Shown here one piece after another: positions 17,519 through 26,218 of a stretch of DNA of 49,068 nt. Origin of the DNA: Eubacteriales bacterium (GTDB taxonomy: Bacteria; Bacillota; Clostridia; Oscillospirales; CAG-382); contig JAZSLS010000035.1 of assembly GCA_045535465.1 (NCBI GenBank), forward strand, positions 1 through 49,068. Direction: 5' to 3'. Every line of letters starts with the position of its first letter. Position 1 is the stretch's first letter. The position numbers and the translations under genes were made by a program. Under the pieces are notes generated by a model. That model was not told where the DNA came from. It saw nothing but the letters and a program-made list of their open reading frames with translations, and made no database searches.

Positions 17519-17635
17519 CCGAAAAATTATCAAGAAAAGTGCTTATTTATACTGATTTTGGCAAAATAGACAGCCATAAAGCTGCTTATTTGGACGATTT
17601 TAGCAAAATAAGCACTTCTTAACAAACTTAATAGT

Positions 17636-17806
17636 ATGGCTTCAATAGTTTTTACCATAAAGGTACGCCGCCCAAAGATAAGCCGGGAAATTAGGAAGGC
17701 GTTAAAGCAAGGCGCGGGGTATAGAATAGAGTTTACCCGCAAGCGCACAAAGACCGGCGAAGTATTAACCCCTAAAATTGTAATAGACTATGCCGCGACA
17801 CATTGA
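17636..17806 (+). CDS. Small basic hypothetical protein (56 aa)
   Basis: Manual translation MASIVFTIKVRRPKISREIRKALKQGAGYRIEFTRK...; overlaps the next start. Confidence 0.5.
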   Translation: MASIVFTIKVRRPKISREIRKALKQGAGYRIEFTRKRTKTGEVLTPKIVIDYAATH

Positions 17807-18173
17807 AAGCGCGATACAAAAAAGCTGCGTTACGTGGTTCCGGCTGCAGTACCCAAGTATAGGCCTTCTATTGTTTGCCGTTCCAAACGGCGGCGCGCGA
17901 AACGCAAGGGAAGCAGCTATTATGAAGGGCGAAGGAGTAACGGCGGGCGTTTCAGACCTTATTCTACTTTACGGCTCCGGGGACTATAACGCTCTTTGTA
18001 TTGAGTTCAAAACCCCAAGCAAAAGCAGCAAACAAACCCCGCTACAAAAAGAATGGCAAGCCCTTGCCGAGCAATACGGAAGCAAGTACGTCGTTTGCCG
18101 TTCCTTCGAGGACTTCCAGCAGGAAGTACAAAAGTATTTATTTACGGATACCGTAAAGGTAGGACGTTTATAG
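17790..18173 (+). CDS. VRR-NUC domain nuclease (Holliday junction resolvase-like)
   Basis: FAVPNGG, GVTAGVSDL, IEFK and QTPLQKEW motifs. Confidence 0.88.
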   Translation: MPRHIESAIQKSCVTWFRLQYPSIGLLLFAVPNGGARNAREAAIMKGEGVTAGVSDLILLYGSGDYNALCIEFKTPSKSSKQTPLQKEWQALAEQYGSKYVVCRSFEDFQQEVQKYLFTDTVKVGRL

Positions 18174-18359
18174 GAAAGAAAAGTTATGAAAAGAAACAAG
18201 CACAAAAGGCCGGAACTTGTAGTAGAACTTCCGGAAGACTTCAAAAAGCCTTGAAGCTTTACGATGATAACGAATTAAGCTACGTCAAGGTAATCAGCGC
18301 AAAGCCCGGCGAAACAAACGGGGTTAGTTTATAACTTTTTGAATACTTGCATTTGTTTG

Positions 18360-18393
18360 AGCGTATTATAATAATACGCTTTTTCTATTTTTG
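18360..18393 (+). promoter_or_regulatory. Late (packaging) operon promoter with palindromic operator
   Basis: Perfect palindrome AGCGTATTAT-A-ATAATACGCT (18360-18380) followed by -7 element TATTTTTG (18386-18393). Confidence 0.7.
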
Positions 18394-18429
18394 CTTACCG
18401 CTAATGTTGGCGGCCTAATAAGCAAAGAT

Positions 18430-18720
18430 ATGAAAGACAAGATTTTAAGAGCCTTGCAGACATTCAAAGGTTTTCTTTTGGCTTCGGATAAGTGGCTACA
18501 CCTTGCCGCAGGCTTCGTAATTGCCTATTTCGCGGGCTTCCTTAGCCCTGTTTTAGGCTTTATTCTTGGTGTTCTTTTAGGCGCAGGAAAGGAAATATAC
18601 GACCTTGTAACCAAGCGCGGACACGCAGAAGTATGGGACTTCTTCTTTACCGTCGTAGGCGTACTTTCGGGCCTTTTCTTCCTTTGGATTGCCCGCCTAT
18701 TGTTCCACGTTATAAGCTAA
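18430..18720 (+). CDS. Small membrane protein
   Basis: DKWLHLAAG...GAGKEIYD...D motif with several hydrophobic segments. Confidence 0.65.
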   Translation: MKDKILRALQTFKGFLLASDKWLHLAAGFVIAYFAGFLSPVLGFILGVLLGAGKEIYDLVTKRGHAEVWDFFFTVVGVLSGLFFLWIARLLFHVIS

Positions 18721-18723
18721 GCT

Positions 18724-20079
18724 ATGGCAAAGAACAGGGTAATAGAAACCAAAATAGACGCGCTAATCCCGGACGACAAGAACTTAAACCAACATACGGA
18801 ATTTGGTACTTCGCTTCTTGAAAAGAGTGTAGAAAGGTTCGGGCTTGGCCGTTCTATTTTGTTGGATAAAAACAACCGAATAATAGCAGGAAACGGCATT
18901 ACGGAAACAGCCGGCTCCAAGGGATTGGAAGACGTTATTATCGTTGAAACCACCGGCGACAAGTTGGTGGCGGTAAAGCGTACGGACATAGACCTCGATA
19001 GTAGAGAGGGCCGGGAACTTGCCTTAGCGGATAACGCTACGGCAAACGCTAACCTTTCTTGGGACGTAAAGAATATGGCCGAAGTAACGACGGAATACTC
19101 AATAGACCCACAGGAATGGGGTGTTTCGGAATTTGCACCACCAGCGGAACCGGAAAAGGAGCTTAAAGAAGACGACTTCACGCCGCCGGACACAGCCAGC
19201 ATAAAGACCAGCATAAAACGGGGGGACTTATTCGAAATACGCAAGGGGGGTATTTGCCACCGCCTACTCTGCGGCGATTCCGCCGACATAGCCGACGTAG
19301 AGCGACTTATGGCCGGAAAGGAAGCCGACCTTATTGTAACCGACCCGCCCTATAACGTAGACTACGCCAGCAAGAACGAAATGCTTAACGCAGCCGACAA
19401 AGGAAATAGAGTACAAACGGACATAGTAAACGACGCTATGGATGACGACCACTTTAAGGCCTTCCTTGAAACTATATATTCCAACTACGCTGCAGTCAGC
19501 AGGAAAGGCGCGGCTATTTACGTATTCCACGCTTCGCGCGAAGCGGTAAACTTCATTAACGGGCTAAGGCTTGCCGGTTTTGCTTACAAGCAGCAGCTTA
19601 TATGGGTAAAGAATAACATCGTAATAGGAAGACAAGACTACCAATGGCAGCACGAACCTATAATTTACGGTTGGAAAGAAGGTGGCCCTCACTACTTCGT
19701 GGCAGAAAGGAACAACCGCACCGTAATAGAAGATAAGATAGACCTTGACGCTATGAGCAAGAAGGAGCTATTAGAGTTTGCCAAGGAAATGCTTAACGAC
19801 GCGGAACACCCTACCACGGTTATACACGAAGACAAGCCCTTAGTAAACGCGGAACACCCTACTATGAAGCCCGTAAAGCTTTGCGGAAGGTTCATAAAGA
19901 ACAGCAGCCGCGCTGGGGAATTAGTAGTAGACTTCTTCTTAGGTTCCGGTTCTACGCTTATTGCTTCCCACCAATTAGACCGCAACTGCTACGGAATTGA
20001 GATAAGCCCGGAGTATTGCCAAGTCATATTAGACAGAATAAAGCTATTCGACAAAGAAGTAGAAATTACAAAACTATAA
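18724..20079 (+). CDS. ParB-like N-terminal domain fused to N4/N6 DNA methyltransferase
   Basis: IIAGNG..., ALADN; TDPPY, HPTMKP and DFFLGSGST motifs. Confidence 0.9.
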   Translation: MAKNRVIETKIDALIPDDKNLNQHTEFGTSLLEKSVERFGLGRSILLDKNNRIIAGNGITETAGSKGLEDVIIVETTGDKLVAVKRTDIDLDSREGRELALADNATANANLSWDVKNMAEVTTEYSIDPQEWGVSEFAPPAEPEKELKEDDFTPPDTASIKTSIKRGDLFEIRKGGICHRLLCGDSADIADVERLMAGKEADLIVTDPPYNVDYASKNEMLNAADKGNRVQTDIVNDAMDDDHFKAFLETIYSNYAAVSRKGAAIYVFHASREAVNFINGLRLAGFAYKQQLIWVKNNIVIGRQDYQWQHEPIIYGWKEGGPHYFVAERNNRTVIEDKIDLDAMSKKELLEFAKEMLNDAEHPTTVIHEDKPLVNAEHPTMKPVKLCGRFIKNSSRAGELVVDFFLGSGSTLIASHQLDRNCYGIEISPEYCQVILDRIKLFDKEVEITKL

Positions 20080-20083
20080 CGGT

Positions 20084-20383
20084 ATGCCAAAATTAAAACA
20101 ATACCCGGAAGAAAGATACCACGGCGTGTGCGCCTTCCTTTGCCCGGCTTGCAAGAAAGAACACTTTATACACGTAAAGAACCCCGGCTATTCTACACCG
20201 GTTTGGGAATTTAACGGAAACTTTAATAACCCCACTATAACGCCTTCGGTAAAGGTTGAAACGCCATACAAAGACAAAGTAAGCATTTGCCACAGCTTTA
20301 TAAAGAACGGGAAAATAGAGTTTTGCGGAGATTGCACGCACGAATTACGCGGTCAAACCGTAGAGCTTCCCGAAATAGAATAA
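20084..20383 (+). CDS. Cys/His-rich small protein (DUF6527-like)
   Basis: CPAC..H, WEFNGN...PTITPSV, CHSFI..G.IEFC.DCTH. Confidence 0.7.
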   Translation: MPKLKQYPEERYHGVCAFLCPACKKEHFIHVKNPGYSTPVWEFNGNFNNPTITPSVKVETPYKDKVSICHSFIKNGKIEFCGDCTHELRGQTVELPEIE

Positions 20384-20389
20384 CTGATT

Positions 20390-20914
20390 ATGCCAGCAGG
20401 AAGGAAACCAAAATACAACGATAAAATAGTAGAGCGTATATGCAAACTTATTGAATCCGACACTTATACGGTGGCGGAAATTTGCCGTATGGTAAAAATA
20501 CATAGGGCTACTTACTTCGAGTGGCTGAACACAAAACCCGAATTTGCCGACGCTATTAAAAAGGCGGAAGAAGCGCGTACTGCTTTCTTTGTAGCAGAAG
20601 CGAAGAAAAGTCTACTCAAAAAGATACAGGGCTATACCGTACAGGAACAACACAAAACAATGGTAGGAACGGGCCGCTACGACGCAAACGGCAAAGAGAT
20701 AGCCAAGGTAAAGGAGCAACGGACGGTAGATAAACATTTTCAGCCGGACACGGCGGCAATAATTTTCACGCTTTGCAACTGCGAACCGGAAAAATGGAAG
20801 AATAGGCAAGCTACGGAGCTTACAGGAAAGGACGGGGCGGACTTATTCGCCAAGCTTTCGGAAGAAGAATTAGACGCTAAGATAGCGGAACTTGAAAGGA
20901 AGTTACAACAATGA
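20390..20914 (+). CDS. terS: Terminase small subunit
   Basis: GRKPKY, N-terminal HTH, PDTAAIIFTL.N..PEKW, ELTGKDG; directly upstream of the large subunit. Confidence 0.85.
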   Translation: MPAGRKPKYNDKIVERICKLIESDTYTVAEICRMVKIHRATYFEWLNTKPEFADAIKKAEEARTAFFVAEAKKSLLKKIQGYTVQEQHKTMVGTGRYDANGKEIAKVKEQRTVDKHFQPDTAAIIFTLCNCEPEKWKNRQATELTGKDGADLFAKLSEEELDAKIAELERKLQQ

Positions 20915-22371
20915 CACGCAAGGAGAAGGTAGAGTATATAAGCGTTCTTAAAGAAAGGTTAGTAAGGCAGGCCCGTACTGACCTTCTACGCTTTACGGGC
21001 TATACTATGCCTACCTTCGACCCCGCGCCATTTCATAAACGTTACTATTCCGTTCTTGGGGACTTTGCCGAAAAGCGAATAAAAAAGCTTATGGTATTTA
21101 TGCCGCCCCAGCACGGTAAGTCCGAGGGTTCAACCCGAAGGCTCCCGTCTTTCATTCTTGGCAGACGGCCCGATACAAGGCTGGCGGTAGTTTCCTATTC
21201 AGCCCCGAAAGCCCGTAAGTTTAACAGGGAAATACAGCGAATAATAGACAGCCCCGAATACGCCGAGATATTCCCGGACACCCGCCTAAATAGCAAGAAT
21301 ATAGCAACCGTAGCCGGCAGCTGGCTAAGGAACGCGGACGAATGCGAGATAGTAGGACATAGGGGCGGCTTCAAGACGGTAGGCGTAGGCGGCCCACTAA
21401 CGGGCGAACCGGTAGACGTTCTTATTATGGACGACATCTACAAGGACGCTAAAACGGCGTGGTCGCCGGTTGTTCGCGCAGCTATTGAAGATTGGTACGA
21501 CACGGTAGCAGAAACCCGACTACACAACGACAGCCAGCAGCTAATAGTATTTACCCGCTGGCACGAACAGGACTTAGCGGGCCGATTGTTGGAGCAACAA
21601 GGTATATACGACCCCAAAAGCAACCCCGACGGGTGGGTAGTAGTTATTTACCCAGCTATACAGGATTCCGAGCCTTCCGAATACGACCCGCGCGAGATAG
21701 GCGAAGCACTATGGCCGGAACGCCACAATTTAGCCAAACTTGAAAGCATACGCAGCAGGAATCCGCACGTATTCGCCAGCCTATACCAGCAGAAGCCTAA
21801 GCCGTTGGAAGGCCTCATGTATGAAAACGAGTTTAAGGAATACGAAATACTACCGGCAACCAAGCGGCGCGTGGTAAAGAACTATACCGATACGGCGGAC
21901 GAAGGTACGGACTTCTTATGCTCTATTACATACTTGGAAACCGAAATAGGTAACTTCATTTTGGACGTACTCTATACGCAAAAGCCTATGGAATACACCG
22001 AGGTAAAGACGGCGGAAATACTTACCAAACACGCCGTAGAAGTAGCCAACGTAGAGAGTAACAACGGCGGGCGCGGCTTTGCCCGAAACGTAGAGAAGCA
22101 AGCCCGGATAATGGGTAACGGGAAGACCCGCGTAAAGTGGTTCCACCAAAGCGAAAACAAAGCGGTGCGAATATTCACCCACAGCGCGGAAGTACAAAAC
22201 CTTACCTACTTCCCGAAGAATTGGGATAAGATGTGGCCGGACTTTTATAACGCTATTACCCGCTATATGAAGGTAGGAAACAACGCACACGACGACGCGC
22301 CGGACGCATTGACCGGAACAATAGAGTTTAGGCCGAAGGAAGGTAAGAAGTCAGCCGCCGGCTATTTCTAA
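20911..22371 (+). CDS. terL: Terminase large subunit
   Basis: MPPQHGKSE (Walker A), LIMDD, TRWH, YQQ.P and HDDAPDA motifs. Confidence 0.95.
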   Translation: MTRKEKVEYISVLKERLVRQARTDLLRFTGYTMPTFDPAPFHKRYYSVLGDFAEKRIKKLMVFMPPQHGKSEGSTRRLPSFILGRRPDTRLAVVSYSAPKARKFNREIQRIIDSPEYAEIFPDTRLNSKNIATVAGSWLRNADECEIVGHRGGFKTVGVGGPLTGEPVDVLIMDDIYKDAKTAWSPVVRAAIEDWYDTVAETRLHNDSQQLIVFTRWHEQDLAGRLLEQQGIYDPKSNPDGWVVVIYPAIQDSEPSEYDPREIGEALWPERHNLAKLESIRSRNPHVFASLYQQKPKPLEGLMYENEFKEYEILPATKRRVVKNYTDTADEGTDFLCSITYLETEIGNFILDVLYTQKPMEYTEVKTAEILTKHAVEVANVESNNGGRGFARNVEKQARIMGNGKTRVKWFHQSENKAVRIFTHSAEVQNLTYFPKNWDKMWPDFYNAITRYMKVGNNAHDDAPDALTGTIEFRPKEGKKSAAGYF

Positions 22372-22395
22372 GACAATAACTAAAAAACAACAATT

Positions 22396-23898
22396 ATGAC
22401 TATTGAAGAATTAAACCAGCTATTAGCAGCAGAGGACAGCTCCGCAGCGATTAACGAGCTTAAAAACGGGCGTACCACTTCCACACCGGAAGCGGAACAA
22501 TACCTTAAAGAGCTTAACCCAGCAACCCACGACGTTATGGACGCAGCCAAGCGTAAAGACAAGTGGGTAAAGGTAGACGTTAGCGACGAAACCGACGTAA
22601 CGGAAGAAGACGAAACCAAGACCAAGAAGATAGTAACCGGGAAGGACGGCGAACAACAACACCTGCGTATAGAGCGAGTGGCCCGCGTAGCCTTGGCTAT
22701 TCAGAAACTTATCGTTAAGCGCGCGGTAGCCTTCACTTTCGGAAACCCTGTAACCCTTAACGCGGAACCGGAAGAAGGAACCAAGGAGTCCGAAGTATTA
22801 AGGGCAGTACAGCGCGTCCTCTTTGAAACCAAAAGCCGCACTATTAACCGCAAAATAGCGCGTTCTATTTTCAGCAGCACCGAAGCGGCGGAACTATGGT
22901 ACCCGGTAGAAGTTCCTACGACAAAGTACGGCTTCAAATCAAAGTTTAAGCTTAGGGTAGCAGTATTCAGCCCGTTAAATGGCGATAAACTTTACCCATA
23001 TTTTGACGAAACGGGCGATATGCTGGCCTTTTCCCGCGAATACGTTATTAAGGACAACAAGGGAAAGACTACTACTTACTTCGAAACCTATACCGATACG
23101 GACATCAGGAAGTGGGAGCAAACCACAGCGGGCTGGGTTATGTTGGACGGCTACCCGAAGCAGAACCAAATAGGCAAGATTCCGGTAATTTACGGAAGCC
23201 AGCCAGCAGTAGAGTGGGCCGACGTTCAGAACCTTATAGACCGCTTGGAAAAGCTACTTTCCAACTTCGCAGATACCAACGACTACCACGCAAGCCCGAA
23301 GATTGTAACAAAGGGCGATATTTTGGGCTGGGCCAAGAAGGGAGAAGCCGGAGCCGTTATCGAAATGGACGAAAACGGAAGCGCGGAATACTTGTCTTGG
23401 GCGCAGGCACCGGAAAGCGTTAAGCTTGAAATAGAAACCCTTTTACGCTTCATTTACACCATTACGCAAACGCCGGATATTTCATTTGAAAGCGTTAAAG
23501 GTATTAGCGCAGTTTCCGGCGTAGCGTTGAAGTTATTATTTATGGACGCGCACCTAAAAGTGCAGGACAAAATGGAAATTTTCGACGACTACCTACAACG
23601 CCGATTAGCCATTATACAAGCCTTCTTAAAGCAGATGAACGCAGGGGCCAAGGACTTCGTGGCGGCTTGCGATAGCCTTATTATTGAACCGGAAATAGTG
23701 CCGTTTATGATTGAGGACGAAGCCGGCAAGGTAAACCTTATTCTTGCTGCAGCAGGACAAAAAGCAATTATAAGCAGGAAGACTGCCGTACAGACTTTGG
23801 GCTGGGTAAAGGATAGCGACGCAGAGATAGAGCAGATAGAAGCGGAAGAAAGCGCAGTAAGCTACGCCGACTTATTGGGGCAGGAACCAACGAACTAA
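22396..23898 (+). CDS. Portal protein (SPP1 gp6-like)
   Basis: 500 aa after terL; GKIPVIY, TQTPDISF and SGVALKL motifs. Confidence 0.9.
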   Translation: MTIEELNQLLAAEDSSAAINELKNGRTTSTPEAEQYLKELNPATHDVMDAAKRKDKWVKVDVSDETDVTEEDETKTKKIVTGKDGEQQHLRIERVARVALAIQKLIVKRAVAFTFGNPVTLNAEPEEGTKESEVLRAVQRVLFETKSRTINRKIARSIFSSTEAAELWYPVEVPTTKYGFKSKFKLRVAVFSPLNGDKLYPYFDETGDMLAFSREYVIKDNKGKTTTYFETYTDTDIRKWEQTTAGWVMLDGYPKQNQIGKIPVIYGSQPAVEWADVQNLIDRLEKLLSNFADTNDYHASPKIVTKGDILGWAKKGEAGAVIEMDENGSAEYLSWAQAPESVKLEIETLLRFIYTITQTPDISFESVKGISAVSGVALKLLFMDAHLKVQDKMEIFDDYLQRRLAIIQAFLKQMNAGAKDFVAACDSLIIEPEIVPFMIEDEAGKVNLILAAAGQKAIISRKTAVQTLGWVKDSDAEIEQIEAEESAVSYADLLGQEPTN

Positions 23899-23902
23899 CG
23901 CT

Positions 23903-24352
23903 ATGGGGATAATTGCAAACTTCGATATAGACGAACTATTTAAGGGGGTTTACGAAGCGGTAGAAGCTATTACGGACGCAGTTACGCAGTCCATAATAGC
24001 AGCTTGTATGCAGACGGTAGCGAAGGCCCGCACCCTTAGAACCTATACGGATAGAACAACCCTGTTAAGGTCTTCTATTGGGTTTGTTGTTTACGACCAC
24101 GGGCAGAAGGTAGTAGACAACTTTCAAGGGGCGGGCGGAGCTTCCGCAGCCGAAGGAGTAAACAAGGGCAAGCAGGTGGCAGAAGCCGCAGCCAAGGAAC
24201 ACCCCGCCGCTATTGTAGCGGTAGTAGTAGCGGGCGCAGATTACGCTCTATACGTAGAAAGCAAGGGCTACGACGTTGTAACCGGCCCCTGCACCGAACT
24301 AAATAACCTATTAGAACAATACCTTAGGGAAGCGGTAGCTTCTTTTCAGTAA
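23903..24352 (+). CDS. HK97 gp10-like neck/tail-completion protein
   Basis: YTDRT..LRSSI and AGADYALYVE motifs. Confidence 0.65.
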   Translation: MGIIANFDIDELFKGVYEAVEAITDAVTQSIIAACMQTVAKARTLRTYTDRTTLLRSSIGFVVYDHGQKVVDNFQGAGGASAAEGVNKGKQVAEAAAKEHPAAIVAVVVAGADYALYVESKGYDVVTGPCTELNNLLEQYLREAVASFQ

Positions 24353-25926
24353 TGAGTAAGAGGACGGAACTAATACAATACTTAGCCAACATAGAACGGA
24401 AGCTAAGCAGCATATACGGCAGCACCTACCGTGCTGTCCTTGAAGTTGCGGACGTACGCAAGTCAATAGAAGCCGGGGTAAACTTTACTTGGGAAGGGAA
24501 CCCAGCGGCAGAAAAGAAGCTTACCCAGCTTCTTAACGACCTAAGCAGCAAAGCGGCCCTTCTTATAGGCAACGGAGTACAGCAGGGCTATAAACGCGGT
24601 GAGGAACACGGAACGCAGGCGGTAGTAGAACGGCTTGGCAAAGGGAAGGCACAAAAGGAAGCGGTAAGAGAGATATGCCAGCAGGCGACCAAGGAGCGAA
24701 GGGAGCAGGGAATGACCGCCCACGCATACGCAACAGCGGAGCGCGGCGGGCTTACCCTTTCTTCCCGCGTTTGGAACCTAACCGGCAATGCAAAGAAGGA
24801 GCTGGAAATAATAATACAAAACGGCATATTAGAGGGTAAAAGCGCAAACGAGATAGCCAGCAGTATAAAGGGCTACCTTAACAACCCTAACGCCCTGTTC
24901 CGGCGCGTACGCAACAAGAAAACGGGGAACTTTGAACTTAGCGAAGCAGCTAAAAAGTACAACCCCGGCCAAGGCGTATATAGGTCGGCATACAAGAACG
25001 CCCTGCGCTTGGTACGGACGGAAATGACTAACGCATACAGGCGCGCGGAGTGGGAAAGTTACCAAAATAACCCGCTTGTAACGAGTTACGAAATTAGGCT
25101 AAGTTCCAACCATACTACTACAACCACCAGCGGCAAAGTAGTACGCCTTGTTGATATTTGCGACAAGCTGGCCGGCGTTTACCCTAAGACGTTCCGGTGG
25201 GAAGGTTGGCATCCTAATTGCCGTTGCGTTATGGTTCCTATTGTTGTAACACCTAAGGACTTCGGGGAATACTTGAAAGCCCGCAGGAAGTCGCGGCAGT
25301 TGGAGTGGAAGCCGAAGACAAGCCAACAGGTAACGGACATTCCGCCGCAGCTTACCGGGTGGATTGAGCAAAACCGCCGGCGTATGTTAGCCGCACCTAA
25401 GAAGCCTTCGTTTATAGAGGATAACAAGGGCGGTATTCAGCTGGCACAGCAGCAGGAGAAAAAAAAGTTACAATTATTTAGCGGAACGCTCCAGCAGTTC
25501 GCCGCCGAGATATTGAAGACAGGGCGAAGTATAGGCAAGGTTTCGCAGGTCGGCAGGATAGACGACGCTATTAAGGCCAATATGGTAGCGAAGGGGCTAA
25601 CCATTGAAACGGAAACTATTATAGTCCTTGATAAGACTGTAATAAAGTACATAGACCACCCGAAGGCGGCCAAGGGCGCAGTAGTACCGGCAGAAAGGTA
25701 CGGGCTAATAGAACAGGCTATTAAAAACCCTTTGCACATTTACGAAGACCTCAATAGCAAAGAACTTGTTTACGTATATACCCACCCATACGAAGAAGGC
25801 AAGCTTATAAAGGTTGTAGTACAACCAAACTACAAGTATAAGGGAGCTACGGCCAACGTAGCGAAGTCTTGGGGCGTTGTAGAAGAAGGACAAATGAACC
25901 ATTCTTACTACCGTAAAATAAAATAG
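24352..25926 (+). CDS. MuF (gpF/SPP1 gp7-like) minor head protein with C-terminal extension, putative BECR-fold nuclease toxin
   Basis: RLVRTEM..AY, CD.LAG.YPK.F.W.GWHPNCRC MuF motifs, then a linker and a ~150-aa compact alpha/beta domain. Confidence 0.8.
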   Translation: MSKRTELIQYLANIERKLSSIYGSTYRAVLEVADVRKSIEAGVNFTWEGNPAAEKKLTQLLNDLSSKAALLIGNGVQQGYKRGEEHGTQAVVERLGKGKAQKEAVREICQQATKERREQGMTAHAYATAERGGLTLSSRVWNLTGNAKKELEIIIQNGILEGKSANEIASSIKGYLNNPNALFRRVRNKKTGNFELSEAAKKYNPGQGVYRSAYKNALRLVRTEMTNAYRRAEWESYQNNPLVTSYEIRLSSNHTTTTTSGKVVRLVDICDKLAGVYPKTFRWEGWHPNCRCVMVPIVVTPKDFGEYLKARRKSRQLEWKPKTSQQVTDIPPQLTGWIEQNRRRMLAAPKKPSFIEDNKGGIQLAQQQEKKKLQLFSGTLQQFAAEILKTGRSIGKVSQVGRIDDAIKANMVAKGLTIETETIIVLDKTVIKYIDHPKAAKGAVVPAERYGLIEQAIKNPLHIYEDLNSKELVYVYTHPYEEGKLIKVVVQPNYKYKGATANVAKSWGVVEEGQMNHSYYRKIK

Positions 25927-25955
25927 GGAAGCTTTACCGGCTCCCCTATTTTATT
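25917..25955 (-). terminator. Intrinsic terminator, probably bidirectional and best formed on the minus strand
   Basis: Minus strand aataaaataggggagc-cggtaaa-gcttccctattttatttt; the stem pairs fully (one G-U) only on the minus strand. Confidence 0.75.
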
Positions 25956-25956
25956 A

Positions 25957-26042
25957 AACCGAGCAAGGCAGGCGACGACCCTGCAATATGTCATCCTAAA
26001 AGGAAGACCCCGCTACCACTTTGCGACCATCAAGCCCGGTTA
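25957..26042 (-). ncRNA. tRNA-Lys(UUU)-like small RNA (cloverleaf mimic, not a canonical tRNA)
   Basis: Closing stem AACCGGGC/GCUCGGUU; D-like arm UCGC-AAAGUGGUA-GCGG; anticodon-like arm GUCUUC-CUUUUAG-GAUGAC; T-like arm GCAGG-GUCGUCG-CCUGC; own promoter and terminator. Confidence 0.7.
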
Positions 26043-26049
26043 TTTGCCA

Positions 26050-26080
26050 CAAAAGTAATAATTCTTTTTTAAGTAACAAA
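26050..26080 (-). promoter_or_regulatory. Consensus Bacteroidetes promoter driving the tRNA-like RNA
   Basis: -33 TTTG (caaa 26077-26080), 19-nt spacer, -7 TACTTTTG (caaaagta 26050-26057). Confidence 0.75.
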
Positions 26081-26218
26081 AATTCTGCCTAAAAAGTTGC
26101 TCTATACCAATAATTTATGCTTAGCTAAACTTAATTTTCCCGAATTTGCGTTTTGTGCCTTCCTTTGGCGCAGCTGGTATAATTATACCACCAAGAAGGA
26201 GAAAACGCGCGGGTCGGG

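Noticed and set aside
25957-26042. A functional phage tRNA-Lys gene
   Set aside because: T-loop GUCGUCG lacks the TTCG consensus, the acceptor stem is not contiguous with the D and T arms, the anticodon stem has a U-U mismatch and there is no CCA. Kept as a tRNA-like ncRNA; a decayed tRNA cannot be fully excluded.
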